A stretch of 64,000 nt of DNA from Lama glama (Eukaryota), in the NCBI GenBank assembly GCA_028534125.1, contig CM052816.1, positions 79,548,001 through 79,612,000 of the forward strand, read 5' to 3'. Position 1 is the first letter of the stretch, and every line of letters begins with the position of its first letter. The notes under the pieces are model-generated. The model made no database searches. It was not told the DNA's origin and worked only from the letters and a program-made list of their open reading frames with translations. Position numbers and translations under genes: made by a program. Shown in pieces: positions 25,795 through 38,347 of the stretch.

Positions 25795-26744
25795 ATGTGC
25801 CTATTGGCCATTTGTATGTCTTCATTGGAGAATTGCTTGTTTAGGTCTTCTTTTCATTTTTGTGTTGGGTTGTTTGGGTTTTTGTTATTAAGTTGTATGA
25901 GCTGTTTATATATTCTGGAAATTAAACCTTTGTCAGTTGCATCATTTGCAAATATATTCTCCCATTCTGTAGGTTGTCATTTTGTTTTACATATGGTTTC
26001 CTTCACTTCACACCAGTCAGAATGGCTGTCATTAAAAAGTCCATGAATGATAAATGCTGGAGGGAATGTGGAGAAAAGGGAACCCTCCTACACTGCTGGA
26101 GGGAATGTAGTTTGGTACAGCCATTACAGAAAACATTGTGGAGATTCCTCAAAAAACTAAAAATAGACTTACCATATGATCCAGCAATCCTACTCCTGGG
26201 TGTATATCTGGAGGGAACTCTAATTCAGAAAGATACATGCATTCCAATGTTCATAGCAGCACTATATACAATAGCCAAGACATGGAAACAACCTAAATGT
26301 CCATCAACAGATGAGTGGATAAAGAAGTTGTGGTTTATTTATACAATGGAATACTACTTATCCGTAACAATGAATTAAATAATGCCATTTGCAGCAACAT
26401 GGATGGAACTGGAGATTGTCTAAGTAAGTCAGAAACAGAAAGAAAAAACCCTATGATATCACTCACATGTGGAATCTAAAAAAAGAAGAAATGAAAAAGG
26501 AAAAAAAAGAAAGAGAAAACACTAATGAACTCATCTACAAAACAGAAACAGGCTCATAGACATACTAAACAATTTTATGGTTACCAGGGGAAAGAGGATG
26601 GGAAGGGATAAATTTGGGAGTTTGAGATTTGCAAAGGTTAACCACAATATATAAAAATAGATTAAAAACAAGAAGTTTTTTCTTTATGGCACAGGGAACT
26701 ATATTCAATATCTTGCAATAACCTTTAGTGAAAAAGAATATGAA

Positions 26745-26791
<47 letters not shown>

Positions 26792-26860
26792 TGACTGGGA
26801 CACTGTGCTGTACACCAGAAATTGACACATTATAACTGACTATACTTTAATAAAAAAAAA
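25795..26860 (+). mobile_element. L1 with a 5' inversion (twin priming): inverted 25795-26003, forward 26004-26860
   Basis: The forward part encodes the ORF2p C-terminus ([13 protein letters not shown]...[15 protein letters not shown]...WKQPKCPS). The 5' part equals antisense L1 (compare 1414-1627). Approximate TSD aaagagatgatg / aaaaagatgatg. Confidence 0.95.
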
Positions 26861-27321
26861 GATGATGGGCGCATGTCTGGACACCAGTTGGCAGCCTTGT
26901 TCTTCTAAAAGACAATGGACCCAATTAATTCTTGATTTGCTGAAAGTTAATTGTTCAAAGGTAGAGGAAATAATGAGATTTAGGTCTACTTGGGTCCTAA
27001 TTTTGGTCAAGGAAAACTTACTGAGGATATGGAAGTGGAAGGATACTTACAAGAAAGTGGCAATAAGGTACTGGATCTGTAATATCAAAGGAAGCTAACA
27101 CTGGGTATAGTCAGCCATTATCTGGGCTTTAGGAAACACAAATTCAGAGCTGACCTTATGCATTCTTGACAATCATACAATATATTACTTTTATGACTTC
27201 CCTCATAAGGCTACAATCTTAGAATACCTTAAATCTACTTACTGTCTTCTTGCCTTCTGTGTTAATATTTTCCTGAATTTCAGGGCAATAGATACTTTAA
27301 ATTCCATGACATATCATAATG

Positions 27322-27819
27322 CAGACTGTCTCTGACTTACAAGGGCTCCACTCAGGATTTTTTTACTTTACGATGGTCTGAAATCAACACACATTCAATA
27401 GAAACCATACTTTGGATTTTACATTTTTATCTTTTCCATGACTAGGGATGTGCTGAAGATAATTCTCGTGATAACAGCGAGCTGTAGCTCCCAGTCAGCC
27501 ACATACATGATTATGGGGGCAAATAACTGATATCCATACAACCATTCTATACCCACATAACCATTCTGTTTTGTACTATCAGTACGGTATTCAGTAAATC
27601 CCATGAGATATTCAACACCTTATTACAAAATAGGCTTTGTGTTAGATAATTTGCCCTAGAATGTGCTAATGCAAGTGTTCTGAGCACATTTAAGGTGGAC
27701 GAGATTAAGCTATGATGTTCCATTGGTTAGGTGTATTAAATGCATTTTTGACTTATGATGCTTTCAATTTATGATGGGTTTATAGGGATGTGACCTCAAT
27801 GTAAGTCAAGAAAGATCTC
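27322..27819 (-). mobile_element. MER47/Tigger5-family TcMar MITE, copy 1
   Basis: TIRs 'cagactgtctctgacttac' and 'gtaagtcaagaaagatctc', followed by TA. Homologous to 41605-42027. Confidence 0.85.
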
Positions 27820-27829
27820 TATCTTTTTA

Positions 27830-29300
27830 TATGATCAATTTCATTAAGAATCACCTACCTATTTACCTATGTATTTACTCTCTCATGTTCTTTCTTCACA
27901 CTGACATTTCTGTTTTCATCTAGGCTCATTTTCCTTCTGCCTAGAGAATTCCTTTTATTGTTATTGTTTGTTTAGATGAAGTCTATTGATGACAGAATGA
28001 CTCAGAAGTCACTACCAGGATGTTTTCTCTTGGTGTAGTTTGAGATGGTTTCTCTTGGGTATTTTTTGGTTTTGGGTTTTTGGTGGGTTTTTTTTTTTTT
28101 CTTTGCACTTTAAATGTCACTCAGCAGTTTTCTGATTAGAAGTCAACTGTCAGTATTAGTGTGTTTTCTTTGAAGGTTGTCTTTTTTTCTCTGTCACTTT
28201 TAGGAGTTTCTCTGGGTCTTTGATTTTCAGCCAATTTGACTAAGATGTGCCTCATACAATTTTTTTAATTTTTGCTGCCTGAGGTTCTCTAAGCTTCCTG
28301 AGACGATGGTTTGAAGTATCCCATCAGTTATGGGAAATTCTCTACCATTATCTGTTCAAAAATTGCTTCTGTCTAGGTCCATGTCATTTTTCCTTTTGAA
28401 TCCAATTATACAGATGTTAGAATTTTTTAACCATGCTCCACATGATTCTTTTATTTTTGCTCATTTTTCTTCTTTGTATTTTCTCTCTGTGTGTACTTCA
28501 TTGGGTATTTTCTATTAACCTCTTTTCTAGCTTTCCAGTCTTCCTGTGTATACAATCTATTATTAAATGCATTTACTAAATTCTTAATTTAAAATACTGT
28601 GTTTTTTAGTTCTAGAATGTGCATTGGTCTTCTTTCATAGATTTCAATTCTGTGAAATCTTTGATCTTTTCATATGTTGTCTCCATCTTTTTCTCTGTTT
28701 TTTATTAACATATTAATCATAGTTATTTAAATTTCATGTCTGCTGACCTCAAGTTCTGAATCACTTTTGGGTAGGCTCCTACTATCTACTTTTTTTTCTG
28801 TTGGTTATTAACCAAATGTTCTTGCTCTATCTCATGTCAAGAATTTTAAGTTTGTTGAGTACAAAAGAAATATAGAGTTTCCAGATGATTCTATCTCTCC
28901 CAGATGAGGTTCAGTCTTTCCTCTGGTAAGCAGAGAAAGTAGAGCATACATCACCATAATTCAGTCAGGGACTGAGCTAGGTCAGAATTGGATCACAGTT
29001 TCGGTAAGCTTCAGTCTACCTCTAGTTCATCACTATTCCTAGGGGACTGGTCTCTAGGATTTCTATTGACAGTCTGGTAATGTTTGACTCTTTGGCTTTG
29101 AAATTCTGCCGGTGATTTAGTTCAGGCATCCTCTTACAGAGATCATTGTTTCATGAGAATACAGGAGATTTTACTCTGTTTTCCAGGGGCTTTGGACTTT
29201 AGCCTCCTATGCAGCTTCAGAATTAAATGAATATCTTGTAGGCAACTAGCCATATGTTTGAGATCTTTCAAGTTTCCAATAGGTCATAGTAACCATGTGC
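27830..29300 (-). mobile_element. Ancient L1M ORF1/5' region relic (antisense)
   Basis: T-rich, with motifs 'ttctgattagaagtcaactg', 'tttgattttcagccaatttgactaagatgtgcc' and 'gggaaattctctaccattatctgttcaaa'. Confidence 0.7.
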
Positions 29301-29419
29301 AACATTCATTATGAGAGTGTCAAGTTCCATGAAGAACAGAAAACCCTAGGCATGTATAACATAGGGAAGCACTCGGAAGCAATCTCGTATGAGTATCAGG
29401 AAAGGTGTATGGGAAGAAG

Positions 29420-29626
29420 TAAATTTCAGGTATAAGATTAAGAAATTTGGAAGACCTAGTGCATAGTATGGTGACTATAGTTAATAATAATGTATTGTGT
29501 ACTTGAATTTTGCTAAGAAAGTAGACCTTAACTGGTCTCAACACACGCACATACCCACAAAGGTAAATATATAAGATGTTGGATACATTAGCTTGATTTA
29601 GGCATCATTTCACTATATATATACAC

Positions 29627-29663
<37 letters not shown>

Positions 29664-29745
29664 AACTTTACATGTATACCTTAAATAGATACAATGACTG
29701 TTGGTCAATCATGCCTCAATAAAGCTGGAGTAAACAAACAAATAA
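29420..29745 (+). mobile_element. L1MA-type 3' end with an internal (TG)n(TA)n microsatellite
   Basis: Reads 'atggtgactatagttaataataatgtattgtgtacttgaattttgctaagaaagtagacc...cctcaataaagctgg'. Confidence 0.85.
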
Positions 29746-31304
29746 CAAAGAATTGACACCGTTAGACATTCGAGGGGCAAGACTGGACGAGTTGCCCCTT
29801 CTGGTGCTTTCTTTGATTCTCCGTTTTCCTACTTTGCAACACTGCTGATCCTTCTTCCCAGTGATTAGGCTGTTGTGGCTTGCCAGTGTAAATGATTTAC
29901 AGATTTGTGAGATTATTTAAAAATTCTCTGTAAAATTTAAATCCATGTTTAAAAAATGGAAAGTAAAGCAGTACTTTAATACTGGTCATGCACTTTTTTC
30001 TCCCTTCAGCTCCCTTCAATTTATTTCTCCAGTGGTCTCATTGGAAGTAATGAATTTGTTTCTAATCATTAACTCCCATTTTGAAGAATAGCCTCATGTC
30101 TACGTGGAAAAGTATAGGAAACCATGTTTACCTGGAATTATTTTGGCTCTGTACTACTATTCAAAGACTTCTTGAAAACAATGTAAAGTAATAGCTTTCG
30201 TGCTGGGCCACCCAGAAGCCTTGACATCGGTTGTGTCTGTGGATGCCGTAGCAACCGCAGCTTTGTAGTCATGGTAACAGCCTTGTGCTCCAGAGGCAAA
30301 ACCAATGAGCTTTAAGCATCACTACATTCTAGCTAAGCTTTGCTAACCTTATCAGGAAGGAACAAGATCCGTCTGTTCTTCCAACTGCACGTGCCCCTCA
30401 GCAGGGAGGGAAAATTGTGCATAATGTACCTGATTTAAATGTCATACTTGGATTATTCAAACAAGTGAATACTTATTCTAGTTTAATGGATTAAATGGCA
30501 AGCTTATTTACAACTAGACTATTGATTTCAGTTACCCAGGAGCATTGTTACAAAAGCAGAGCATAGACCATGCGTGTTGTCAATGTGATTACTAAACCTT
30601 TTGGAGAAGAAAAAAGATTTCCCTTCAATAACACAGATTGGAAAAGCCCAGGGGATCCTGGAAAATAATTTTCCTCTGTTTTGTTGAACGTTTTCCTCTC
30701 ATGCAGAACAGTAATAAGGAACAATAATCATCTTTCAAATTAATATGTCACACTAAGTTTGCAATAGCAAGAAACCAATCATAACTCAATCTAACCTAGC
30801 CTACAGTATCTTTAAGAGGCTTATTACTCCTCCTGAATTCTTTCTTCCTACAACTGGACTAGTAAACTGTAGCCCTAAAAGCTGCACATTCAACTGTCTC
30901 AAGTTCAAAAGTATGAAACAGAGTACCAGCGCTAAGCAACCCATTCATAAAAAGGACATAAGTAATTCCCCTTTCAGTTAAGCTTTAATATGTCCCCGCA
31001 CTTGGATACATTACATACAATTGCATAACTTCATATGCAAATATGTCATAACTAACCAAATGGGTTTCCCAACTGTGATTATTGAATTCTTGTAGTTTAC
31101 CTAAACTGTTTTACACTTCACAGCATATTTTGTGTTAAAAAAAACAGACAGCTCAAAATATTCAGTTTTAATGTTTTTTGAATTACCTTTATCTTTTTTT
31201 TCCAAGTCCACTTTTAATTCATTCTATTCTACTGATGCTTCCATTCCATGCCAATATAAGACGAGAACTCCTGAAGGAAAATTGCCCTTTATAAATCAGT
31301 TCTA

Positions 31305-31377
31305 CTGAGGTAAGTTCCCTAAGAATAAATAAATAAAGCTAATTACCTCCCCAGCCAAAAAAAATAAAAATAAAAAG
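31305..31377 (+). mobile_element. 5'-truncated Vic-1 SINE tail with a 15-bp TSD
   Basis: 'aataaataaataaagctaattacctccccagccaaaaaaa' matches the tail of the SINE at 23.5 kb. TSD tataaatcag(t/c)tcta lies at 31290-31304 and 31378-31392. Confidence 0.8.
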
Positions 31378-33029
31378 TATAAATCAGCTCTAGTTAGACA
31401 CATTTTTAATGCTTCTAACTGGTCCCAATTTACAAGAGTAACTCTTTATTTCACATATGCAACTAATGTATGTAAATGTCTGTTATGAATTTTATGACAT
31501 CCCATTGAAGAGACAAAGATGAACAAGACATGGCTCTTGCTGTCAAGAAACTTGCAGACTAGGCTTGGTTGAAATGGATCTCCCATCTTTGGCGCTGTGC
31601 AGTCATCTTAACATTAATTTAGCGACACTGACTCTCCTACCTTCATTTCCAACAAAACCCAAGGAGAACTGTAGGTTTACTCCTTATTGACTTCTGTGGG
31701 TTCATGTGTTTGTTTTGTAGCTTTTATCTTGATAACTCTACGATCTGAAGCATTTCTTTAAATGTTTAAGCAAGCTATTGTGTTTAAGATATATTTCGTT
31801 ACAGGCATTTTGCAGTCATGTCTATGTTATTGCTGAGATTTTATTTTTATCGCCAGTTTATAAAACAACATCTTAGCCATTTTACTGGATTGGAAAGTCT
31901 TTCTGTCAGGGGATCACAGCTGTTTGCTTCATGGCATCCTTCATTCCATAGCCTGTACCAGATGAAGAAGGTGGTGTCAGTGAATATGCTGGAATTGTCA
32001 TAAAATGGGCAACAATGAGAGAATTTTAAATGACACTCAGACTTGGTGAACTAAACTTAAAAGAAGTCATGGTCCAAGAAATGACTTCAAACCTAAATCT
32101 TGGACTGGTTACCTAAAAAATAAAAGCCAAATGGAGAACATTGAATTTATTATTTGGAAAGTGATCTGATTTAGCACTGTGTCCTTTTGATAATTTATAA
32201 TTATAAGCTTCATATCATTTAATTTTATCCTCATCTGGCCATTGCAATCTTTGCTGATACTGATAAGCAGAAAAATTTGAAGAAAGTTAGTGTGTTACAG
32301 AATCCCAAAAGTAATATGGCTGGAATGGACATGATTCAGGTAGAGCACCTTCATCATTTTGAAAATGAGGAAATTGACATCTCTGGGTTTCCTTCCAGTT
32401 TAAAATTTCAGATTTAACTATTTCTTAACAACCCAACCAAAATGACTAAATGGCTGGCATCAGTGTTGACTCCTAGACAAATAAAAGTTGTCTGCTTTCA
32501 GTTGGATTCATTTGATTTACTCGCTTTGATTTCTTTCTCATCCTACTTTTCTTCTTCAGTTTATTTCATTTTAGCTTCCTCCAAGTCCAAGGATGGTTCA
32601 AGTTAATGAAGACTTATTAAGAGAGAGCTTTTCAACTGGTACTCTCCAAAGTGAGATGATCTTAAATTGCCTGTTTGGGATTTAGTTAAATATGGGGAAG
32701 AAATGGGTAACAGTGATAACAGGCTTTTTAAGAAATATTTTGAGTTTTCTGAGTCTATGATTTCTTCTGCATTTCAGATTGCCTTTCCCTCTTATTATTC
32801 CTTGTCTTATTATGGCCAATCTCCATACGCCTTCATATTTTCAATTTATTTCCTCACGCCTTCCTTCAGTTCTCTTCTTAACCTTCTATAAACTCATTCT
32901 TCTCTTCTTGAGTGTCTTAGTGGTAGCCAAGCTGAGATGTCCTTTAATCTTTAACATCCGAATAGGAATATAATGAACTCATCATCTTGTATGACTGTTC
33001 TGATTCTGTGGAAGAAATCTATGTGAGAG

Positions 33030-33030
<1 letters not shown>

Positions 33031-33085
<55 letters not shown>
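33031..33085. repeat. (AC)27 microsatellite
   Basis: Perfect dinucleotide run. Confidence 0.98.
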
Positions 33086-33090
<5 letters not shown>

Positions 33091-33609
33091 TGTCTCCTAA
33101 GAACAAATCTCTTCTATAGGCAAACTGTGGTTTGAGAAAATTTGTCCTCAGCATCCCTTTATCAGCACCTTCATTTTATTTGTGTGACCCCCCTGCACTC
33201 AGTGACTCCAGGGCACAATCTCTTTTTTATTTCTTTGGACTCTCTATGGAGGAGTGTTCTCACCCACGGTGCCCTATGTCCTTATGCTTTTAATCTCCCT
33301 CTCCCTTTGGAAAACTTATTTCCTCCAGATAATATGTTTTCAAGATGCTGGTCTCTAAGACCAGCTAAAATCTCCTAAATTATTTTTCTAAAGATGTTAA
33401 TGGAGGATAATGGCTTAATGTGCATCTTAAAAGGACTCTTCAGTGCTCTAACCTAACTGAGCGGGGGTATATCTACTACTACTCTGGTGTGCTGGTTGGA
33501 GATATTTCAGGAGTCCAACTTTTGCTCAACTGTCCTTTAATTCTTTCAGTGGGTGGTTGCTCACCATCCACTGTGAGCCAGCCCTGTCTACCCAGCCTAA
33601 ATGCTTCTA

Positions 33610-33812
33610 CCTGGTCTTTCCTCTGTGTGTACCCCTATCTGTGCCCTAATCCCCTTTTAGATGGACACCAGTCACAGTGAATCAGGGCTTACCCATATAA
33701 CCTTATTTTACCTTAATTAACTCTTAGAAGGTCTCACCTTCAGTATGGTCACATTCTGAAGCTTGGGCTTCAACATATGAATTTTGGGGAAGAAACAATT
33801 CAACCTCTAACA
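33610..33812 (-). mobile_element. MaLR MLT1A/B LTR fragment
   Basis: Reads 'ggacaccagtca...ggtcacattctgaag...ttcaacatatgaattttgggg...caattcaacctctaaca'. Confidence 0.85.
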
Positions 33813-33839
33813 GAGTTTCACATTATATCAAACAATGTA

Positions 33840-34030
33840 CATGTGTTATCTTTTATCACTAACAAGATCTAGAGAGGTTCATGTTATTGTTCATTTTTTT
33901 TCTGTTGAAAAATTGAGGGCCCAAGAGGATAAGTAACTTATCCAAGTTTACATAACTAACTATTAGGTAGTGAAATTGGAAATTGAATTGAGACTTACAG
34001 CTCTGAAGCTCATATTTTTTCTACTATTTT
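33840..34030 (-). mobile_element. MIR SINE
   Basis: Contains 'gaaaaattgagggcccaagaggataagtaacttatccaagtttacataact'. Confidence 0.7.
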
Positions 34031-35784
34031 TACCATGTTACCTCCAGCTAAGATTTACAGACAATCAGCCTGCCTGCTCCAAGACACATCGATTATTCTT
34101 CCTGGAATTTTTTGTTTCATGGGAGACTGAAATTTAACTGACATGTAGGCAAAAATTTTCCTAGAAAGAACGTGTTCAAAAAGCAAAATAATGCACTATT
34201 TTCTTACGGTCAGATTTTTTAACTTGGTGAACATTAAAGAAGATTTGACTTTTTCTTTTTCCAGCAACAAGGGAGTTTTGGAATTTTAGTTTTTTACCAT
34301 AATGGCTTTAATTAGCACGTGTGTATCAGGTCCCTAACCCATCAGGAGGTACTAGGTGGACTAACTTGGGGTCTTCAATGTTTTATGAGCAAAGCAAGCC
34401 ACAAAATCCTTCGGTTTTTCTTAATTCAAATATGCTTTTCAACTGAAAGGACTGTCTGAGCATAAAATAAGTCCCTACTTCTTTGCTGGTCTCCTTTTAT
34501 ATCACTGGAAATGCAGACAAGATGTCTCCTTACTCAACTTATTTACTTTGCCATTTTTTTCCTTCAGTATACTAAAATGAGAGATTCAATGGGAAGAGAT
34601 AGTCTGTGACATGTTAGTCCTTCGTTATTATTCTTTGTAGCAGAGAAAGTCTTCATGAAAAGAAATCCATAACTTAAATCAAATGATAAAATGACAGTAT
34701 TCCTAAAAGAAAATAATAGGAAAGTGAAATTCTTTTATACTCGCTTCTAGTTAAGACTTTTTGTTTAAGCATTCTGAAGAAGGGGAAAATTTTAGTGAGG
34801 AGGAAAAAAAGAATAAAAAGTAAGATTTGGACATTAGGGTAGTAAACCTGGATACGGGATGGTATTGAAATTATGATAAAAATCTTTCTTTCCAGTCCTA
34901 TCTGTATTATAGAAAAATTAGAGAAATACTTTTCATACCATTTGCAATGTTTCTTTTTTGTGGTGTAGTTATTACACTGGAATAAATATACAAGTAATGC
35001 TGAAAATTTAATTCAGCAATAGGAAAAAAGAGGAATTGGGTTCCTCAGATCTAATAATTTAAAAATTAGTAATTTTACCAAATGTCAAGTTTATAACTCT
35101 AAAATCTCCCGACAAAAGCACAGCAACTCTGCAGAGGTATCCAAGACCACAGTTATGTCAGTGTCTGGGCTGGCACAGAGTACTAGAGCGCTCCCTCTCT
35201 AGATTTCATTTTATGAGGTAGTTGGTCTCTCTCCCTAGGTATTGGCCACTGACCTTACTTCCAAACCTAGTTAGGCATCTTGCTCTTAGATGCTCCTGAT
35301 CTACAGGTGACTTGATGAGACTGTAGATAGTTCATGGTAAATCTAATTTTATTCAAAGAAATAGCAAAACAATAGTTGCCAGCATCAGAATATGTGAAGG
35401 ACAGCTTGTATGCAGGGACTCAGTACTGAGTTCGGCATTGTACCCACACTTCTAGAAGGGGAACATGTAGACATGAAACTTCTCAAGATTTGTGGATTGG
35501 AGACAGTGGTGAGGGGGACCCGGGATTAGTTATTTCTGGACAAGAAAATTAAGTTTCTGCCTTAGGGATCAGAAATTCGATTGTCAGCTAACTTGAAGGA
35601 AATCAAGTTCAAAGGAGATCATTTTATAAATTATTTATAACAAACTGATTTGCAAGTTTTTGCATCTCACATTACACCTAGCACTGTGCCAGGAGCGTGG
35701 GACATAGTAAAATAATTTATGAAACACAGTGTCCCGCTAATAGTTCATTAGGAAGATTGCAATTCACTAGTTTGCAGTGAGCAA

Positions 35785-35940
35785 GTATGCTTAACCTGTT
35801 TGAGGCGTCATAAAATCCTTCGGGAATCTTTTGACATCCTAAAACCTTCTCTCTGAAAAATATAGTGCACATGTATCCAACATTTGTTAACAATATTAAA
35901 ATGTTTGCAGAATCTTCAGAGACCATGCATGGACACCATT
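35785..35940. mobile_element. MER103-like hAT-Charlie fossil
   Basis: Reads 'cttaacctgttt...ccttcgggaatc...tctctctgaaaaat...cacat'. A related copy lies at about 43545-43692. Confidence 0.45.
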
Positions 35941-36369
35941 TTCAGAAATTCTGACAGACAGAGGCATAAACCACCAGTGACCAGTATGTTTGTATCATCA
36001 GTTCACGTACTGGTATTTCAAGGAAAAAAAATAAGGGGAAAGCTGTTTGATGCAGCTATCACCAGAGAATTGAGAAATGATTGTTAGATTATTTCATTTA
36101 AAGTAAGGCAGAATCAGATGCTCTGCTTAGCGGAGGAGGTTGCGTGGGAGTATGCAGCCTTAAATAGCTTTTGCTAAGGCATTAGTGGATGCCAAGTCCA
36201 GAGTCAAATGCCCAGGGCAAAGAGGAGATCCTATTGTCTCTGCTCTAAGTGGTTCAACTCTGAGTATTTAGCATATCAATTCCTTTAAGACAATATCATA
36301 ACTGTATGTCAGGACCTATTGTTCTCAAAATTTTTGTTTAAGATGAGCTACTATCATAAGGGTATACTG

Positions 36370-37720
36370 ATTCCAAAATATTCATTTGACAAATAATTTT
36401 TATGGTAGGCACAGAAATATAGTGAACAAACATACTCTTTATGATTTCATGGAGTTTACAGACTAATGGAGTCACCAAACATGGGCAAAGCTAATTTTTT
36501 TAAAGCTATCAGCTTTCTCTTGAACAAAGTAGACAAAGTAAAACAAAATACAACTGTCTCCTTGTAATGCTTTTCAAAGTTATTTAAGAAAATTTCCCAG
36601 AATTTAAATTAATAACTTCATTGAACTCTTCCAACATATAAAGCCTTGTCTATAAAGAAAGAATAAGATTAGTCCTTGTTCTTAATGAATTTATAATTTT
36701 ACTAGGAAGATACTGTAGTTGTTATGAGTCAGGCAGATCTGGTTTCAAATTCTAATTCTGAAAAGTTCTACCTAATATTTTCCTTAGACAAGTTCCTTAT
36801 CCTTTCTGATACTCAGTTTCTTCATCTTAAAGTAGGGAAAAGAATAGCTATGTCAGAGTATTCTTATGAAATGAAAGGAGGAAAAAAGTTTTAAAGAAGC
36901 TTGGCCCTAAGTGTTCAATAATAGTTATTGTAATTTCTAAAACAGACATAATAAATTATGTATAATTAATGTCACATATTGTAGACCAAAACAAAATGTC
37001 AAATGATTAGTATATGTAATAAAAGATTCTGTCGAGGAGGATAAAGTTGGACTGGAATAGTCAGAAGCTTCAGGGGAAGATGGAATCTGAATAGGATTTG
37101 GTACAGAAAAGAGAAGATCATACCAGATAGGAAAGTGGTATGAGTGGTGACTATGGACACTGAATGTACATGTTTACTTGGGTGACAGTGAGTAGAGATT
37201 AATCTGGCTTATTCAAAGGATTCCTGTAATATAAGAGAATTTTGGAGAGGTAGAACTGGGAAAAAATTGGGAGAGATCTTGAGTCTTCCTGAACAAGCAA
37301 GAAAAAGGAAAAGCATTTCAGGAGAGAACGACATGTTTTAGAAAGATTCATCACATCATCGTAGCATGGGGGATAAATTTTATTTGTGTAAAGGAGTTTA
37401 AGAGATGGAGAAATAAGGCTGTTAAGTGAGGATATTAGAAAAAATAAGCTGAAACTGACATGAGCTGTTTGGATAATGGCAGTTAGAATGGAACAGAATA
37501 AGCCAAGGCTAGAAATATCAAAAAAAAAAAAAGATCACAGGTGTTTATTGGTTGATCAGAAAGAGAAATTGCCTGAAGATGATGGATTCAGCAAGTACAT
37601 ATTGAAAGGACAGAAGTGAACCTGAGTATCTTAGAGAAAAGAGGATATGGTGTATAAAGGAAATTGGGAAGTAGGTTTCTTTTAGCAGGCAGAAGTGAGG
37701 AGGAAATCATTTTAAGCTCT
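36370..37720 (-). mobile_element. Decayed L2 tract with an embedded MIR (about 36720-36920)
   Basis: Purine-rich L2-antisense motifs ('atttcatggagtttacagactaatgg', 'acatgttttagaaagatt') and the MIR core 'ctcagtttcttcatcttaaagtaggg'. Confidence 0.55.
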
Positions 37721-37984
37721 AAACAGTTTACTTCTTGAAGACAAGAATTGTGCCTCATTCATCTTGGAATCCTCAACAGCACAGTATCAGGAAGACGATG
37801 GGTTCACACCACGTGTGAGGAACAAATGTGCCATATGTCACAGTTCACTTTGAACTTGGGTAGCACAAGTGTACAGCTGGAATTCCAATCAAAATCAGAG
37901 CTGGAAATAGAGGCTTGTATGGCTAGAAAACAAGATTAGGTACATTCTGAGGAAGAGAGGTAAATGGTGGGTGTGACCCATGGC

Positions 37985-38347
37985 TGGTGACTGACAGAAG
38001 TCCATCCTTCCCTGGCTTACCATTTCCATGCAGTAAACCAACATCCACTGTCAGCATCAGCAACCCTTTGCTTGAAGACTTCTGTTGCCCACCAAAGCCT
38101 CTTCAGCCTACATGTGAGACAAGAACAAGAAGCACTCAAGAGTTATCATCCTATGGAACAGCCCTCAAACAATGTCCAAGAGGAGCTGATGGGTAAATAT
38201 CCCCGGTCCTTTAGGCAGGATAACGCTGTGGTGTTTGTGTTATATGCTCTCCTAGTTCCCTGGTAAAATCCAGCTAGTGGACCACAGTGGTCATTTGCTT
38301 GATGGCTCACCTTTCTTTGGCTTCCTCCCCTTCCTCAGCCATTTCCT
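37985..38347 (+). mobile_element. ERVL LTR16-like fragment
   Basis: Reads 'gaacagccctcaaacaatg...ggagctgatgggtaaatatcccc...ccacagtggtcatttgcttgat...tttggcttcctcccctt'. Related to 80-485. Confidence 0.65.

Noticed and set aside
25974..26378. ORFs with real protein similarity (also 981-1310, 44470-44790, 62591-62803)
   Set aside because: They are truncated L1 ORF2p C-termini, not host genes. No intact EN or RT domain exists in the window.
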